A DNA stretch of 64,000 bases from Octopus vulgaris (lineage: Eukaryota). Below are positions 51,495-64,000 of the stretch, piece after piece. How positions within the stretch are numbered: the first letter of the stretch is position 1; every line of letters begins with the position of its first letter. Location: positions 87,606,001-87,670,000 of the forward strand of contig OX597814.1 in assembly GCA_951406725.2 (NCBI GenBank), read 5' to 3'. A model generated the notes under the pieces. That model searched no databases and was not told the origin of the DNA. It saw only the letters and a program-made list of their open reading frames with translations. A program made the translations under genes and the position numbers.

Positions 51495-53726
51495 ACATTT
51501 TTCAGTTAACTAATATGAAATAAGTCATGTAAGTGGCAAACTATTATTAGTATGTTAACAAAGAAAACATAAAAGATGAAAATGCACATAAAAATAATCA
51601 ACAAATTTTAAGTATTGGTCTCTTTTTTCTTTCCTTTTCAATATTTAATTTGTGGTAAGCACAAAGCAAATTTTTACAATAGGAAAAGTATGGTAAAGTT
51701 AATTACTCCTAGGTCCCTATAAGTATTTATTTCATTAACCAAGACAACTACAAATAAAGTTAACTATGGCAGAGTTCAAATTCAGAACAGAGGGCCTTCA
51801 AAACAATACACTTTGTCATTTTTGTTCAGTTGTCTGCAACAATGGATTGAAATTACATACTGTATTAAGTATAGTAAGTTTTTTTAGTCCATTGTTGCAC
51901 AAAACTCACTCTTCAACATTTTTAATAGGTTAACAGAAGAGATGTAGTTTTTCAACTATTTTCAAAAACAAGTAAATAAATTCTGTAATGTCTTACTAGT
52001 TCAAAGTTTTTCTTCACACACACGAGAGAAAGATTTTATGATAAAAGTATTGGTATTTTCTATTTATATTGGAACCTAATGTATTATGCACAAACAACTA
52101 CAAACCTTTTGTTTTGTAGATTAGTCTATACTCAACAATATCTAACTACTGGAGCACCACCAATTTGAATCTTCTCTTGACTTATATTAATGATGCAATG
52201 GCTTTTATTCTTTTCAATTCAACAACTCTGTGTTAAACCTACCAGAGTTACTAGATACATACACTTCACCGCCTTTAGATATGCATATTATATTTTTGCC
52301 TTCTATTCTCATGGTTTTGACAGCTAACTATAGGGATAAAGTCATAAAGCTACTCTTAACAGAATGCTTACTTCCCAGAAAATTTGCCTTAATGTTTCTC
52401 TTGCACCTCTCACTCTAAACTATTTTTCATTCATTAACTATATAAAAACCTCTAATTTTGCTAACATAGGCACTTATCAATTGAAAATTTTCACTTGAAT
52501 TCCAAGATATTTTCTCTCTCATATGTAGTTCTTCACACAGTGCAAAAAATATTAACAGATTTCTTAATATTTTTATGTACCTATGAAAAATATTCAACAA
52601 CTAACCAATACATTGAACTGTAACTTTCCTTCAGGCAAAATTTTCTAAACACAAATCCTTCAGATATATTATAACTGAAAACAGAAGCAATAATAACTAA
52701 CATCTCCCTTAAATTTAGTTTTTAACCGATAAAAATTTTAGAGAGCAATTGGTCATATCATTAGCATACCTTCTAGATGAATTCTTATATACCTTTTGTA
52801 AAATATATTTAAGTTTCCATTCACATATGAAATGCAACTTAATTATTCTTCTACTGTTTATTTCTTTTATTGTAAATATTTCCATTTTATAAAATAAAAT
52901 TACATTTTTTTATCCTTTCTTTCTCAGAACTGCAATTTTTTTTTTAGATTTCTAATATTTTCTAAGCATTAACCACATTACACAAGACCTCCAATTATCG
53001 CTATCCACATATAAGAAAACAATGATGTCTTTACTCATTACCCTTATCACACTAATAAATACAAAAAGAAGTTATCTAAAAACAGTATCTTGGAACATAA
53101 GTATATTATATTTCATGAGAAGACACACCCAGGAGCACTTTCCTTCTATGAGAATCACTGTAGAGAGAAATCTTACTGAAACAATTCAACACTTAGCTTA
53201 TCATTATGTGCATCTAGTCATGAGAGAAAAAAAAAATCAGACTTAACAATACTCATGTACTAAAGCTGGTAAATTTTACATCCAACAGAATATTATTGTG
53301 ATCAAGATACACTATGAGAACTTTGGTTTGTTGTAAAATATCAACTCTATAAAAAAAAGGCTGACAATTGTAGCAGCTATATCACACTCTGACATTCTTT
53401 TAACATCTAGAGATTCCACCAAGTCTATCTTTTGTCTTTACACTAATACAGAGTATTGATGATAGCTTATATTATATCACCAATACATTCCCAGAAGAAA
53501 AATGAATTCTTAACTTTGGCTTGTTCACAGCACATAGCTATTAGATAGTACCAAAAGAAATGGAACTCACTATTGCAAACAGCAAATACATTAAAGTATC
53601 TGATGAATATTTGCTTTGCTCAGAGTTGCAACACTTGGTGCAATTTTCCCAAAGGCTACATATATTGAGGAAATAATCCAAGAAACAAATACTACTAATA
53701 ATAAAAGCAGCAACTACAAAACTAGT

Positions 53727-55078
53727 AATAGTTCCTAATTTTGGCACAAAGCCAGCAATTCAAAGGGGAGGGGATTAGTGGACTATTACTTTATTTATCG
53801 GCCCTGGGAGGATAAAAAGTGATGTTGACTTCAGTGTGAGTTGAACTCAGATATACTGCAAAGCATTTTGTCTGATGCTCTAATGAATCTGCTATTCCAC
53901 ACCCCTAAACAACAACAATAATAATAATAATAATAATGTTAATAATAATAATGATGATAATAACAATAATGATAATAATACTGATTTCTGATCTAGGTAC
54001 AAGGCCAGTAATTTTGAGGAGAGGTGAGAGCTGATTACATGACCTTTATACATGACTAGTACTTTATTTTATCAACCCCTAAAAAGCAGAATCACAAAGT
54101 GGAATTTGAACTCAAAATGTAAATAACTAGAAGAAATACCACAAGGCATTTTTGTGACACACTAATGATTCTGCCAACCCACCATCATTATAATTATTTC
54201 TAATTTAGGTACAAGGCCAGCAGTTTTTTAGGAAAATAGGTTTATTGATATCTTTGACCCCAAAACTTGACTAGAATTTTCTTCTATCGGTCCTGAATAG
54301 ATGAACAGTAAAGTTAACATTGGTAGGATTTGAACACAAAATACAAAGATCCAGAACAAATACTGCAGGGCATTTATCCTGGCACTCTAATGATCCTGTC
54401 GTTTCACTGCCCTAAATAATATTACTCTACAAATGTGAAAAATGGAAAGTGACAAAAATGGAAGAAAAAACAATGGACAGCTTCTAATTCACATGCTTAA
54501 GGAGAATACTCGACATCAAGTGGCTGCAAAGAGTCTGAAATAACAGCTGAGATGACAACAGGCATCAACAGGACCAGTGATGAAATAAGACACAAATGTT
54601 GGAACTAGATTGGACATGCCCCTAGACAAGATCAAGAAAGTGATTGTATAGTGGTACTAAAGTGGCAACCTGAGGGGAAAAGAGCAGTAGGGCACCCCTA
54701 AAACCATATGGCAAAGGACTATTGACAAGGATAGGAGATGAGAAGAGTGGAGAAACTGGAACGAGACCAGAACAGTGGCAAGAAACAACTGGCGAGAGAG
54801 ACTATGTTGCAGCCTTATGTGCTTCATGGCATGGACAGAACTAACTAACTAATAATAATAATAATAATGGTTTCTGACTTTGACACAAGGCTAGTAACTG
54901 AGGAAAAGGGGTTAGTCAATATCATTAAATCCAGTATATGACTAATAATCCATTTCATTGATTTTGGAGAGAGGAAAGGCAAAGTTGACCTTGGCAGGAT
55001 TTGAACTCAGGACATGGAAAGCTGGAATGAAGAGCGCAAAGCATTTTTTCACACTAATAAATTTTCAATTTCCTGCCC
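53727..55078 (-). mobile_element. Four SINE copies separated by (AAT)n/AT-rich spacers, with a plus-strand RTE 3' fragment at about 54430-54850
   Basis: SINEs at about 53727-53905, 53983-54185, 54195-54412 and 54868-55078; RTE-like CLRRILDIKW, IGH, KWQPEGKRAVGHP and a (CTAA)n tail. Confidence 0.7.
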
Positions 55079-55109
55079 TAAATAATAATAATAATAATAA
55101 TAAAACACA

Positions 55110-55560
55110 TCTATAGATAAAGCCTCAAAAGTGAGTGTGGTACCTATTGTGATTGGTGCACTTGGGACCATCTCAAAGAAAGCAATATTCTGGCACCAAA
55201 AGCTACAAATAAACTTCATCAGAAGTACTCAACTGACAGCAATACTTAGAACATGTGTTGAGAAAAGTGTTGTGTCTCTAAGTTGCAGAATGGAGCTGAG
55301 ATGTGGCACAGATAACTCAGAAGATAGGATAATAATAGTAACTAGCTGGACCCATGAAAAATTATATACTTACAAATGTATATAACATACAGAAAATAGC
55401 ACTACTTAGGCACTGCACACATCCTACGTAAAGCACTTTCAATACAGTGAAAATAAGAGTACCACAACAAACCACAGCACATACCCAAGGCACACAGAGC
55501 TGCGCTCAGTAGAGCTGTGAAAGCACATGATAAAAATAAGACTACTGAATAATAATAATA
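55110..55560 (+). mobile_element. Two R4/Dong-like (RLE-type non-LTR) 3' fragments in (AAT)n
   Basis: VVPIVIGALGTISK..QLTAILRT, and NIQKIALL / GTAHILRKALSIQ* (1-nt frameshift) followed by a 3'UTR ending GAATAATAATAATA. Confidence 0.7.
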
Positions 55561-55836
55561 AGCAAAAGTTATTGACTGGAAAATATTCATCAACTACATA
55601 GAGAGAGAGTCTTAGACATAATAATGAAAACTATTATATTAATAGTTATTGCCAAGCTAACATGCCAGTCCAGAAAAATAGGACAGATGCTGCCACTGAT
55701 GAGCTCCAAGAGGCCAAGAGTGATTTAGAAATAATATTTCTATTATTACTTAAATGTTTTTCAATAAAGCAGTTAATAAACTGAAATCCAACTAATCCAA
55801 AAAGAGTGATTTTATGACCAGGCAGTTCTATGTATT

Positions 55837-55874
<38 letters not shown>

Positions 55875-56035
55875 TGAGAAAGTTGGTGTGTGAAAGCACG
55901 TGGTTGAATATATAGAAAATAGTAAAAAGTGAAAAAACTACAGAAGGCTTGTTTTAAAAGGTTAAAAAATATATATTTGAGTCAATATGTCTGAAGAATA
56001 TTATAAATTTTTTTCATACAATGACATAATTTTTG

Positions 56036-56075
56036 AAGAAATGACCGGTTTCGCATTCAGCTTTTCAAATTTCTT
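56036..56075 (-). ncRNA. Minimal type I hammerhead ribozyme motif (U3-A8 variant)
   Basis: AAGAAAU-UUGAAAA-GC UGAAU GC-GAAA-CCGG-UC-AUUUCUU: 7-bp stem I, 2-bp stem II, palindromic ACCGGU stem III, GUC site. Confidence 0.8.
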
Positions 56076-56567
56076 ACATCGTTATGTTTACGTTGAGAAG
56101 AGTTCCAGATAAGGGGAGGTAATAAGTGATTTCTTCTGGTGTAAGGGAGATAATCGCTTAAAATTGTTTACCTTTCTTTTGGAGTGAATTTCTCTGTATA
56201 AGTATGTTGGAATGGTTAAGTTTGGGCTTGTATTTTTCAATGAAGAATGTTTCCTTGTTTAGTCTAATTTGTGTTGGTGTTCCGATAGCACATTGGTAAA
56301 ATGGAAAGATTAAAAATTGTGGTAGTAGTTGCTTTGCGCATTTCTCAATGTGCTCACTAAAGGAAACATTCTTCATTGAAAAATACAAGCCCAAACTTAA
56401 CCATTCCAACATACTTATACAGAGAAATTCACTCCAAAAGAAAGGCAAACAATTTTAAGCGATTATCTCCCTTACACTGGAAGAAATCACTTATTACCTC
56501 CCTTTATCTGGAACTCTTCTCAACGTAAACATAACGATAACTCTTCTCAACGTAAACATAACGATGT

Positions 56568-56607
56568 AAGAAATTTGAAAAGCTGAACGCGAAACCGGTC
56601 ATTTCTT
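56568..56607 (+). ncRNA. Minimal type I hammerhead ribozyme motif (U3-A8 variant)
   Basis: AAGAAAU-UUGAAAA-GC UGAAC GC-GAAA-CCGG-UC-AUUUCUU; predicted cut after 56600. Confidence 0.8.
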
Positions 56608-56725
56608 CAAAAACTATGTCATTGTATGAAAAAAATTTATAACATTCTTCAGACATAGTGACTCAAATATATATTTTTTAACCTTTTAAAACAAGCCTTC
56701 TGTAGTTTTTTCACTTTTTACTATT

Positions 56726-56770
<45 letters not shown>

Positions 56771-57294
56771 ATAGACAAATTTGAAGTATATAAAATATAC
56801 AATAATTCTTTGTCAAAGCAATTTCATACTGTGTATGCAAAGAATATGTACAATGTGTGTAAGCCTGTATCAGAGAGTATATATATGCATGAGATCCAAG
56901 GCGAATCTAAGGAAATTTAATATCATCATAGTCTAGATTCTGTTTATCTAAATCTTCAAAACAAAACTAAATATGAAGAATGTATGCCTAATATATAAAG
57001 GCATTTTATCACATTTTGAGTGATATTGAATTGCATTTGTAAAAATCTCAAAACTACCAATGTAATAATTAAAATTTCTATTTAATAAAATTTACTATGC
57101 ATAATAAACTAAATGTTTCTGCAGTTAAACACTATTTTTTGTTATTTTTAAAATAATCCTTTTTCTAGAAATAACATTACTAGTTTTAATATTCTGGTTT
57201 TAAAGGGTTAATACAACTCCAAATATTTTGCATGCTAATTAAATGTTTTAGTAAAACTGTCAAATCTATAAAATTAGATGCTCTTTGTATTTAC

Positions 57295-57372
57295 CTGATA
57301 AACATGATAAGGAACGGAATGAAAGAAATGTCACCTGGACTTCCTTTACGTGCAATTTTGGCACAGATTTCA
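57295..57372 (-). CDS. SLC50A1: SWEET1 coding exon 2
   Basis: atttcag|(F)EICAKIARKGSPGDISFIPFLIMFI(S)|gtaaat; 78 bp; phase 2-2. Confidence 0.93.
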
Positions 57373-57949
57373 CTGAAATTGAAAAATATTATATGCAACA
57401 ATATTTTAGAAGAAAATTGTATAATAAAATCTTTGGCATTATTCATAAATTATATATAGTGAGGTGGTGGTGAGGAATAAGCTTTTGAAGAATCAAACCC
57501 ACATTCCTTTTCCATTCTTTGCTGGAATTGTTCCACATAATGCACTACTGCCTTTTGGAAAGGCATGAATGCTCCAACATATCATTCCTCTTTGCTAATA
57601 ACTTTGAAAGCCTAAAACAAGGGTATTTTTTAATATATAGATTATATTAATTCTTAAAGGAACAACAGTGCAGCCATAATTTATCTTGTGCAAAATATTC
57701 TTATGACAGTATGAAATAAAAATGTTCATATTTAAAAAATAATCATCAACTTAAATTTGAAATATTCTAATCCTTTAATTTGAGTGTATCAAGAATAATG
57801 AGAAATAGAAATGAAAATCTAGGATATAAACATATTCTCAAAGAAATATTGAGAAACATAGTTGTACACATAATTATAAGTAAGTTATAAATTTCAAATA
57901 TAAAATGGTTTAATGGGAAATCCATTTGATTGATTAAATATATACTCAC

Positions 57950-58017
57950 AATCCTATTAGTGAAACTCCAATAGTACATACAGTGGTTACCCAAGATATA
58001 ATATCTTCAACAGCCAT
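57950..58017 (-). CDS. SLC50A1: SWEET1 coding exon 1 (start codon)
   Basis: MAVEDIISWVTTVCTIGVSLIG-TT|gtgagt; the six exons sum to 651 nt (216 aa plus stop) with consistent phases; likely 5'UTR acceptor ttttag ends at 58044. Confidence 0.88.
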
Positions 58018-58473
58018 CACAGATACCGCTTGATGTTTGGTGTCTAAAATAAAATAGGATAAAATCAAAAGTAAAGCTAATTATTATAATAACAATTAGA
58101 ACATGAACATAGATTATGAAAGTCAAACAAGGAGACATTAACAGTACTTAATAGCTTCATTTTACTTACTAACTTAACTTACCATTGTGAATTCTACATC
58201 TGTTGCTCCTGTCGCTATTGATTGACAGATTTGCTTCCTTTAGCTGTTTTTTTTTCCCCAAGAATTAGTCCTCATATGATTGTCTAATTACCGTCACTTC
58301 ACATATTCTCTGGGCTTTCTGTTTTGCAGTTACCATCCATACTTAACTCACATTTTATTTTCTCACCAAGTATCAATCACCTTTTCTTATCATAAATAGA
58401 AAAGGCATCACAACTACATACCAATGAAGAACATGCTTGCTTGACCAACTAGAAATAGCAAAATCTCCCTTAA

Positions 58474-59554
58474 CCCTTTCGTTACCAAACCGCCCAAAGC
58501 CGCCTGAAAAAAATTTTGGTTTATGAAACCAAACCGCCCAAAGCCGCCCGAATTTACCTATTCATATTTAAATGAGAATATCAGAGCAAATCTCTTCAGT
58601 ACATTCGTGAAAACACGTATTATACTTCGTAAATACTTCAAATACAGTTTTGTACAATAATCGAAGTGTAATTTTAATTCCGTGAATTTTGGGAGATTTT
58701 TTTCCGAAATTTGTTCCTATTGTGTTTTCAAAATTTGTAATTCTGACAAAAAATGGATACGAATTTCATTATATCAAGCAGCGAGTCAGAATTCGAAGGA
58801 TTTTCTACTGAAGACCTTCATAAATCTAACTCTATGACTGAAAAAAAAAGCACATGGTATTTGATAATGAATTTGATGTTTCATTTTCCGAAAGTGAAAA
58901 CAGTGAATCTGAGATCTCCGATAGCGATAAAGAAAACGAATTGGCACCTGAATGGAGTGAAAATTTAAAAACTGTTTCTTTCGGTGATTTTTCTGCAGAA
59001 ACTGGACCAAGCCACAGACTTTCCCAGAAGGGTAAAGCCTTAGGCTATTTCTATTTACTTTTTCGAATGAGCCTATTTGAAATCATTACAGCGAAAACGA
59101 ACCGTTACGCTAAACTTAAACAAAACGAAAGAAAGGATAGTTTGTTATTTCCCACAACCTTAAATGAAATTAAGGCCTATTTTGCCATAAATATTATTAT
59201 GGGTATCAGAAAGTTACCCAGAATAACAAATTCTATCGTAAAATTTTGTTGTATACCCAATTGAATATTAGCTAATATTTTCTATAGCGATGTTTGAACA
59301 AAATTTTAATAATTTTATATTTTGTGGAATTTACCTGTATCTACCTGCAAATAGAGTCACTTTGTGACAAAAATTATAGTATAGAATTGGTTGAGAATAT
59401 TTCATTAAATTATCTTCCAAAAATCAGATTAATATATCGATAAATAAAAAAGTTATAGTTGTTTAATGAAACCAGACTAAATTTATGATTACGTTAGAAA
59501 TTAATTGAAACACATAAGGGGTGTAATTTGGTCAGAAATATAGTAACGAAAGGG
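58474..59554 (+). mobile_element. Internally deleted piggyBac element
   Basis: TTAA TSDs at 58470-73 and 59555-58; TIR CCCTTTCGTTAC/GTAACGAAAGGG; transposase N-terminus (acidic tract, FEIITAKTNRYAK, TTLNEIKAYFAINIIMGI) without the catalytic core. Confidence 0.9.
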
Positions 59555-60227
59555 TTAAACACCCACCCATCATACATAAGACAGAACATGTAAGATAATG
59601 TAGTTCTAAATACCCCTACAAAGATAAGACACTTATGGCTGGAATGTATCTGATCAAAGGTTTGTACATACAGCCAAGGCTGAGCAAGGGTTAAGCAACA
59701 ATATAAGAGGTGAAACAGTTGAATTGATATTAAAATGAAATATAATTCTAGGGGATTGTGAAAATATTAATTTTAACAAGTAGCTACTTCTGCTCATCTA
59801 TACTAAATCTGTTGCTTGGATTTTTGTACATTTACTTGAATAAATTTTCTCTTTACACTAACAATATGCTTCTTTCACTACTGACTACCACCCACACATA
59901 TCTGATGCCATTTTGCATGAAGGAAATAAACTACAAAATATTCTGTTAAATCATTCACAAGTTTAGTATAATACATAAATATATTTATGCAAAATGGAGA
60001 TTATCAAACTAAGTCTATTATTATTTGGCAGAATTGTACAAATATCAGAAAAACTTTGTGGTATTTCTTCTGACTCTTGACATTCAGAGATCAAATTCCA
60101 CAAAGCTCAACTTTGCTTTACATCCTTCCAGAGTTGATAAAATAAAGTACCAGTCAAGCACTGGTGTTGATTTACTGAATTTATCCTTCCCCTCAAATCC
60201 CTGGCCTTCAGCCTATGTTAGAAAAAA

Positions 60228-60437
60228 TTAACCCTTTAGCATTCACATTACTGTCAAATATGATGCTTATTGAATTAATCATAGCTTATTTTGTAGCTTC
60301 AAAATTTCAATGATGTGATTGTTTATTTTTACAATGACATTGTAGGATAGGTGTGAAGCCCAGATCTGGCCAGTTTGAACATAAAACAGGTACATTATAT
60401 GGGCTGGACATGGCCAGTTTAAACACTAAAGGGTTAA
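60228..60437. mobile_element. piggyBac-type MITE
   Basis: TTAA-CCCTTTAG...CTAAAGGG-TTAA. Confidence 0.7.
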
Positions 60438-60924
60438 GTAACTGAGAATCAAATTCTTGGAAATTTGCCATATAATAAATTTAATTCTAGATACACAAAA
60501 TGAATTGCTACAGAAATGAGTATGATATTGTCATATGATCCACTGCACATCTTATTTCTATCAACTCACATTTCTCATAAACCATGTTACACAAGAACTG
60601 GCATGTGCTCATGAAAATACATTTATGGTTTTCCAAGCTACCAAAGAAGCTGCTACGTATCATCTTAACTTCCTTCAAGTCATAGTCTAAAGTCTTAAAA
60701 ATAGGAAGAACACTTTAGACAACATAGTCATAGATAACATTGTGCCTAAAACAAAAACAAACAAAAAAAGAAAACAATGGTTAATGGTTAAATAAATTTT
60801 ATCATATGTCTACTCAATGAGGATAGCAAAGACTTGGATCTGAGCAACAATTACCAATTTTGAAACCATCAGGGATTCTATAGAAAGCCAACTTAAAACT
60901 TCTGATGCATGTTAGAAAGTTACA

Positions 60925-61280
60925 GGCATGGCTTTGTGGTTAAGAAACTTGTGGTCTTAGAGTCAGTCTTACTGAATGACACCTTGAACAAGCGTCTTCT
61001 ATTATAACATAAGGCTGACCAAAACCTTGTGAGTGGATTTAGTAGACAGAAACCGAAAGAAACCTGTTGTGTGTGTGTGTCTTAGTGTTGTTTGTCTTCC
61101 ACTAATGCCTGATAATAAGAAGATTGTTTATGTCCCTGAAACTTAATGGTTCAGTAAAAGAAACTAACAAAATAAGTGCCAGGTTTTAAAAATTAGTACT
61201 GGGGTTGAATTGCTCAACTATACCTTTCAGAACATTGCCCCAGCATGGCCACAGTACTATGACTGAAACAAGTAAAAGAG
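60925..61280 (+). mobile_element. tRNA-derived SINE (abundant family; other copies at about 15210-15340, 30450-30800, 31290-31670, 34010-34360)
   Basis: GGCATGGCTTTGTGGTTAAGAA head, CCTTGTGAGTGGATTT body, CCCAGCATGGCC..GACTGAAACAAGTAAAAG tail. Confidence 0.65.
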
Positions 61281-61601
61281 AGCAGATAAAAATACCTGGA
61301 TTTATTAGGTTTTGTAATTTATAGGCATATTTGTTTTGTTCCTTTGAACTCAAACTACTTCTAATTGTTTCAAGTAAATTGCTTAATCACTAATCTGATA
61401 AGGCCTGTGCAAATTCCTTTGCAGCAACTTCACCAAAGCCAATACAGAAGCTGATGGAAATATCTTATATAAATTGAATCACATATTCTTTATTATATAT
61501 GTGGCAATTTCTATCATTAGCTATTTAAAGACAAACATTTTCATGAAGACATTAAGCTAAGGCAGAACAAAGAAAAGAAAAATTGAAGACACTCTTTTGT
61601 A

Positions 61602-61641
<40 letters not shown>

Positions 61642-62930
61642 AGATCAGTAAATCATAAACCTGAAAGAGAAGCACACTAAGTTATAGAGCAATAGAGTAA
61701 CTAAAGGTAGTTATGGCCAGTCTATTTGGCCAGTCTATGGGGTTACCCAGAGTTTCACATCCATAAAGTGTTTAGCTTTACAGTGTCTCTTCAGAGCCTA
61801 ATGGCAAGAGAGAGAGAGAAAGGGAAAATTGTTAATACAAAAAAAAAAGAAAGAACTCAATACATAGTGCTTACATTATTCATTATATAAATTATATTCA
61901 CACGCATCATCATTATTTAACATCCACTTTTCCATGCTTGTGTGGGTCAGGCAGAATCTGTTGACTCAGATTTTCTATGGCTGGATGCCCTTCATGTTGC
62001 TAACTCGTAACCATTTCCAGGAAAGATAAATATTTCTCAAACTTAGACATATTTTCTATGGAAGGCTGAAAATGAACAACATTACTTGTATGATGGTGAA
62101 GCTCATTTATAACCATCACATGATGTAAAGACAGGGGTACACACAAACACACACACACACATAGGCTTCTTTTAGTTTTCATCTACCAAATCCATTCACA
62201 AGGCTTTGGTCGGCCAGAGGCTAGACTGAACTCAAGACCACATGGTTGGGAAACAAGTTCATTAACCACATAGTCATGCCTGCATCTGATATGATTTAAA
62301 TATATCCAACCCATGCCAGCATGGAAAACAGATGTTCAATGATGATGATGATGATAATGAATGAATGAATATATGTATGGTGTGTAGGAATATATGCATG
62401 CATGAATGAAGGATTCAAAGGCTGAGAGTTTTGTGCAAATACACTTATCAAATTAAGTGTATATGCATGAAATTCACTCACGAGCTTCTCAGCTATAATA
62501 CATAAAATATATATACGCATGTGTGTGTGTGTATATACTATATATATATAGACAGATAGCTAGCTAGCTAGATAGAAAGATATGATAAGTATGTAGGGAT
62601 AAATTATCCAAGAGGGTACCATGTAAGCACTCAGGTATAATCTGGGTTCAGGCTAACTGCATTGAGTAGTAATGAACACTTAGGATTACTTAGGATGAAC
62701 AATCCCACAGTAATTCATCTGATGGGTAATCCCCGGGTTCGCTTCACTGGATTATATTTTCAGGAGTGTAAATCCAAGACAGTTACAATGAATACAAAGA
62801 CTGGTACGTGTGCATATTTTTTATTTTTACAGTTAATTATACAACATAATTAGTTTAGATTTGACTGACACATGTTTCTGCTGCACAGAGAATCAGCAAT
62901 TACATTTGCATCCAGCTATTTTCAACTATA

Positions 62931-63770
62931 CAGCGTACAGTGAATAAACTGTCGTTTAAATTACACAAAAATGAAAATAACACTGACATCTCATTTTAAC
63001 AGATATATTTACCAAAATTACAGAAAAATATCTCGAAATACTAAAGAGTAAATTTATTCAATAAAATTGCCATTGGCTTCAAGCATGGCCTCCACACAAC
63101 TTCGGAATCTCCTGCAGCTCTTCTGGATGGTCTTCTTGTTTAAGTTTGTGAATACTGCCATAATCCTTGCCTTCAGTTCATCTTTGGTGTTACAAGGAGT
63201 TTTGTTGGTCTCTCACTCAACTGTGCCCCACACATAATAATCAAGGGGTTGCAGTCTGGGGTGTTAGGTGGCCAGATGTTAGTGATAATGTGATTACATA
63301 AATTGTCTGACAACCATGACTGGGTTCTCCTGCTTGTATGGCATGGTGCAGAGCCCTGTTGCCAGACATGGGGTCTTCCAGCAGCCACCCTCTTTACTCA
63401 GGACAGCACTACCTCCTCCAGGCACTTGATGTAGGCCTCCATGTCGAGTGTGAAGCCATGTGGGAAGATGGAGGTATAAAGTTATTATCACTAGTGATCA
63501 CTCCAAACACCATGATGTTGACTGGACATTTGATTTTTATCAAACTCAGTACATGTCCTCAGATTGCACTGTCCTCAAATTGATACCCAAACACTCAGAA
63601 ATGTTCGTATTGGAGCTTCCAGCATGAATGCCAAGCAGTACAGCATGTCATTTCCAAATTTCTGGCAGAGTGAATTGCATCATGGTGCTGTTTTTCTCAC
63701 AGATGGTGCCCAACTAACCCTATTATATTGTGTAGTTGACAAATGGTGACAATTTACTCCACACATCTTG
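62931..63770 (-). mobile_element. Decayed Tc1/mariner-superfamily element
   Basis: WQQGSAPCHTSRRTQSWL..IWPPNTPDCNPL; degenerate TIRs (CAGCGTACAGTGAATAAACTGTC / GACAATTTACTCCACACATCTTG) with TA flanks. Confidence 0.75.
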
Positions 63771-64000
63771 TACATCTTTATTCAAAGTCTGATTAAAAAT
63801 GTGGTTTGAAGCAAACTGAGTGTATTCATGCATGGCTAACATATTTTGTTATAGGTTACTATGGTTTTATATAGACAAAAGAAAATGAGGAGATTTAGAA
63901 ACTTGAAATGACTAAAAAATTACTATGGTGGTTGACCTCATCCTGACCTTAGGTTTAAGTTTGAAACTAAATCCAAGGTAAGTCAAAGTATATTTTTCAA

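Larger units (their letters stand above)
55873..56734. mobile_element. Fold-back Penelope-like insertion (GIY-YIG C-terminus plus two inverted pLTRs) in (TA)n, SWEET intron 2
   Basis: Arms 55909-56256 and 56360-56734; minus-strand centre encodes SEHIEKCAKQLLPQFLIFPFYQC..KETFFIEKYKPKLN; (TA)n on both sides. Confidence 0.9.

Noticed and set aside
58015-58185. Spliced uORF ATG|ACA..CTG TGA overlapping the SWEET1 ATG (TGATG)
   Set aside because: Depends on a donor at 58182 lying in a TAAGT-like repeat that may be a retroelement tail; needs transcript evidence.
1-64000. CRISPR arrays, rRNA or true tRNA genes, prokaryotic operons
   Set aside because: None seen; tRNA-like boxes belong to SINE heads, and the genes are spliced eukaryotic genes.

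Overview
AT-rich, intron-rich animal DNA. The repeat families and (TA)n/(TACA)n microsatellite load suggest a coleoid cephalopod, most likely Octopus (inference). Two host genes lie on the minus strand, both largely missed by the ORF track. (1) A complete six-coding-exon SWEET/SLC50A1 sugar transporter (58017->38430, 216 aa, all GT-AG introns in phase). (2) The 5' end of FUNDC1 (first coding exon 7103->6967; likely 5'UTR exon and ETS/NRF1-type promoter at about 11310-11500). The rest is mostly mobile DNA: Penelope-like elements (PLEs; Neptune-like and Hydra-like), a near-intact CR1-group LINE ORF2, RTE, CR1 and R4/Dong fragments, tRNA-derived SINEs, piggyBac, Tc1/mariner and Tigger relics, and a Merlin-like MITE. 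The most notable pattern is repeated asymmetric fold-back insertions inside (TA)n microsatellites. The best one (55873-56734) carries two complete minimal hammerhead ribozyme motifs with a U3-A8 core. Also notable: FUNDC1 has PEIL where the canonical aromatic LIR core is expected. Most short I/Y/H/T-rich ORFs in the track are microsatellite artefacts. All calls were made by eye; no searches were run.
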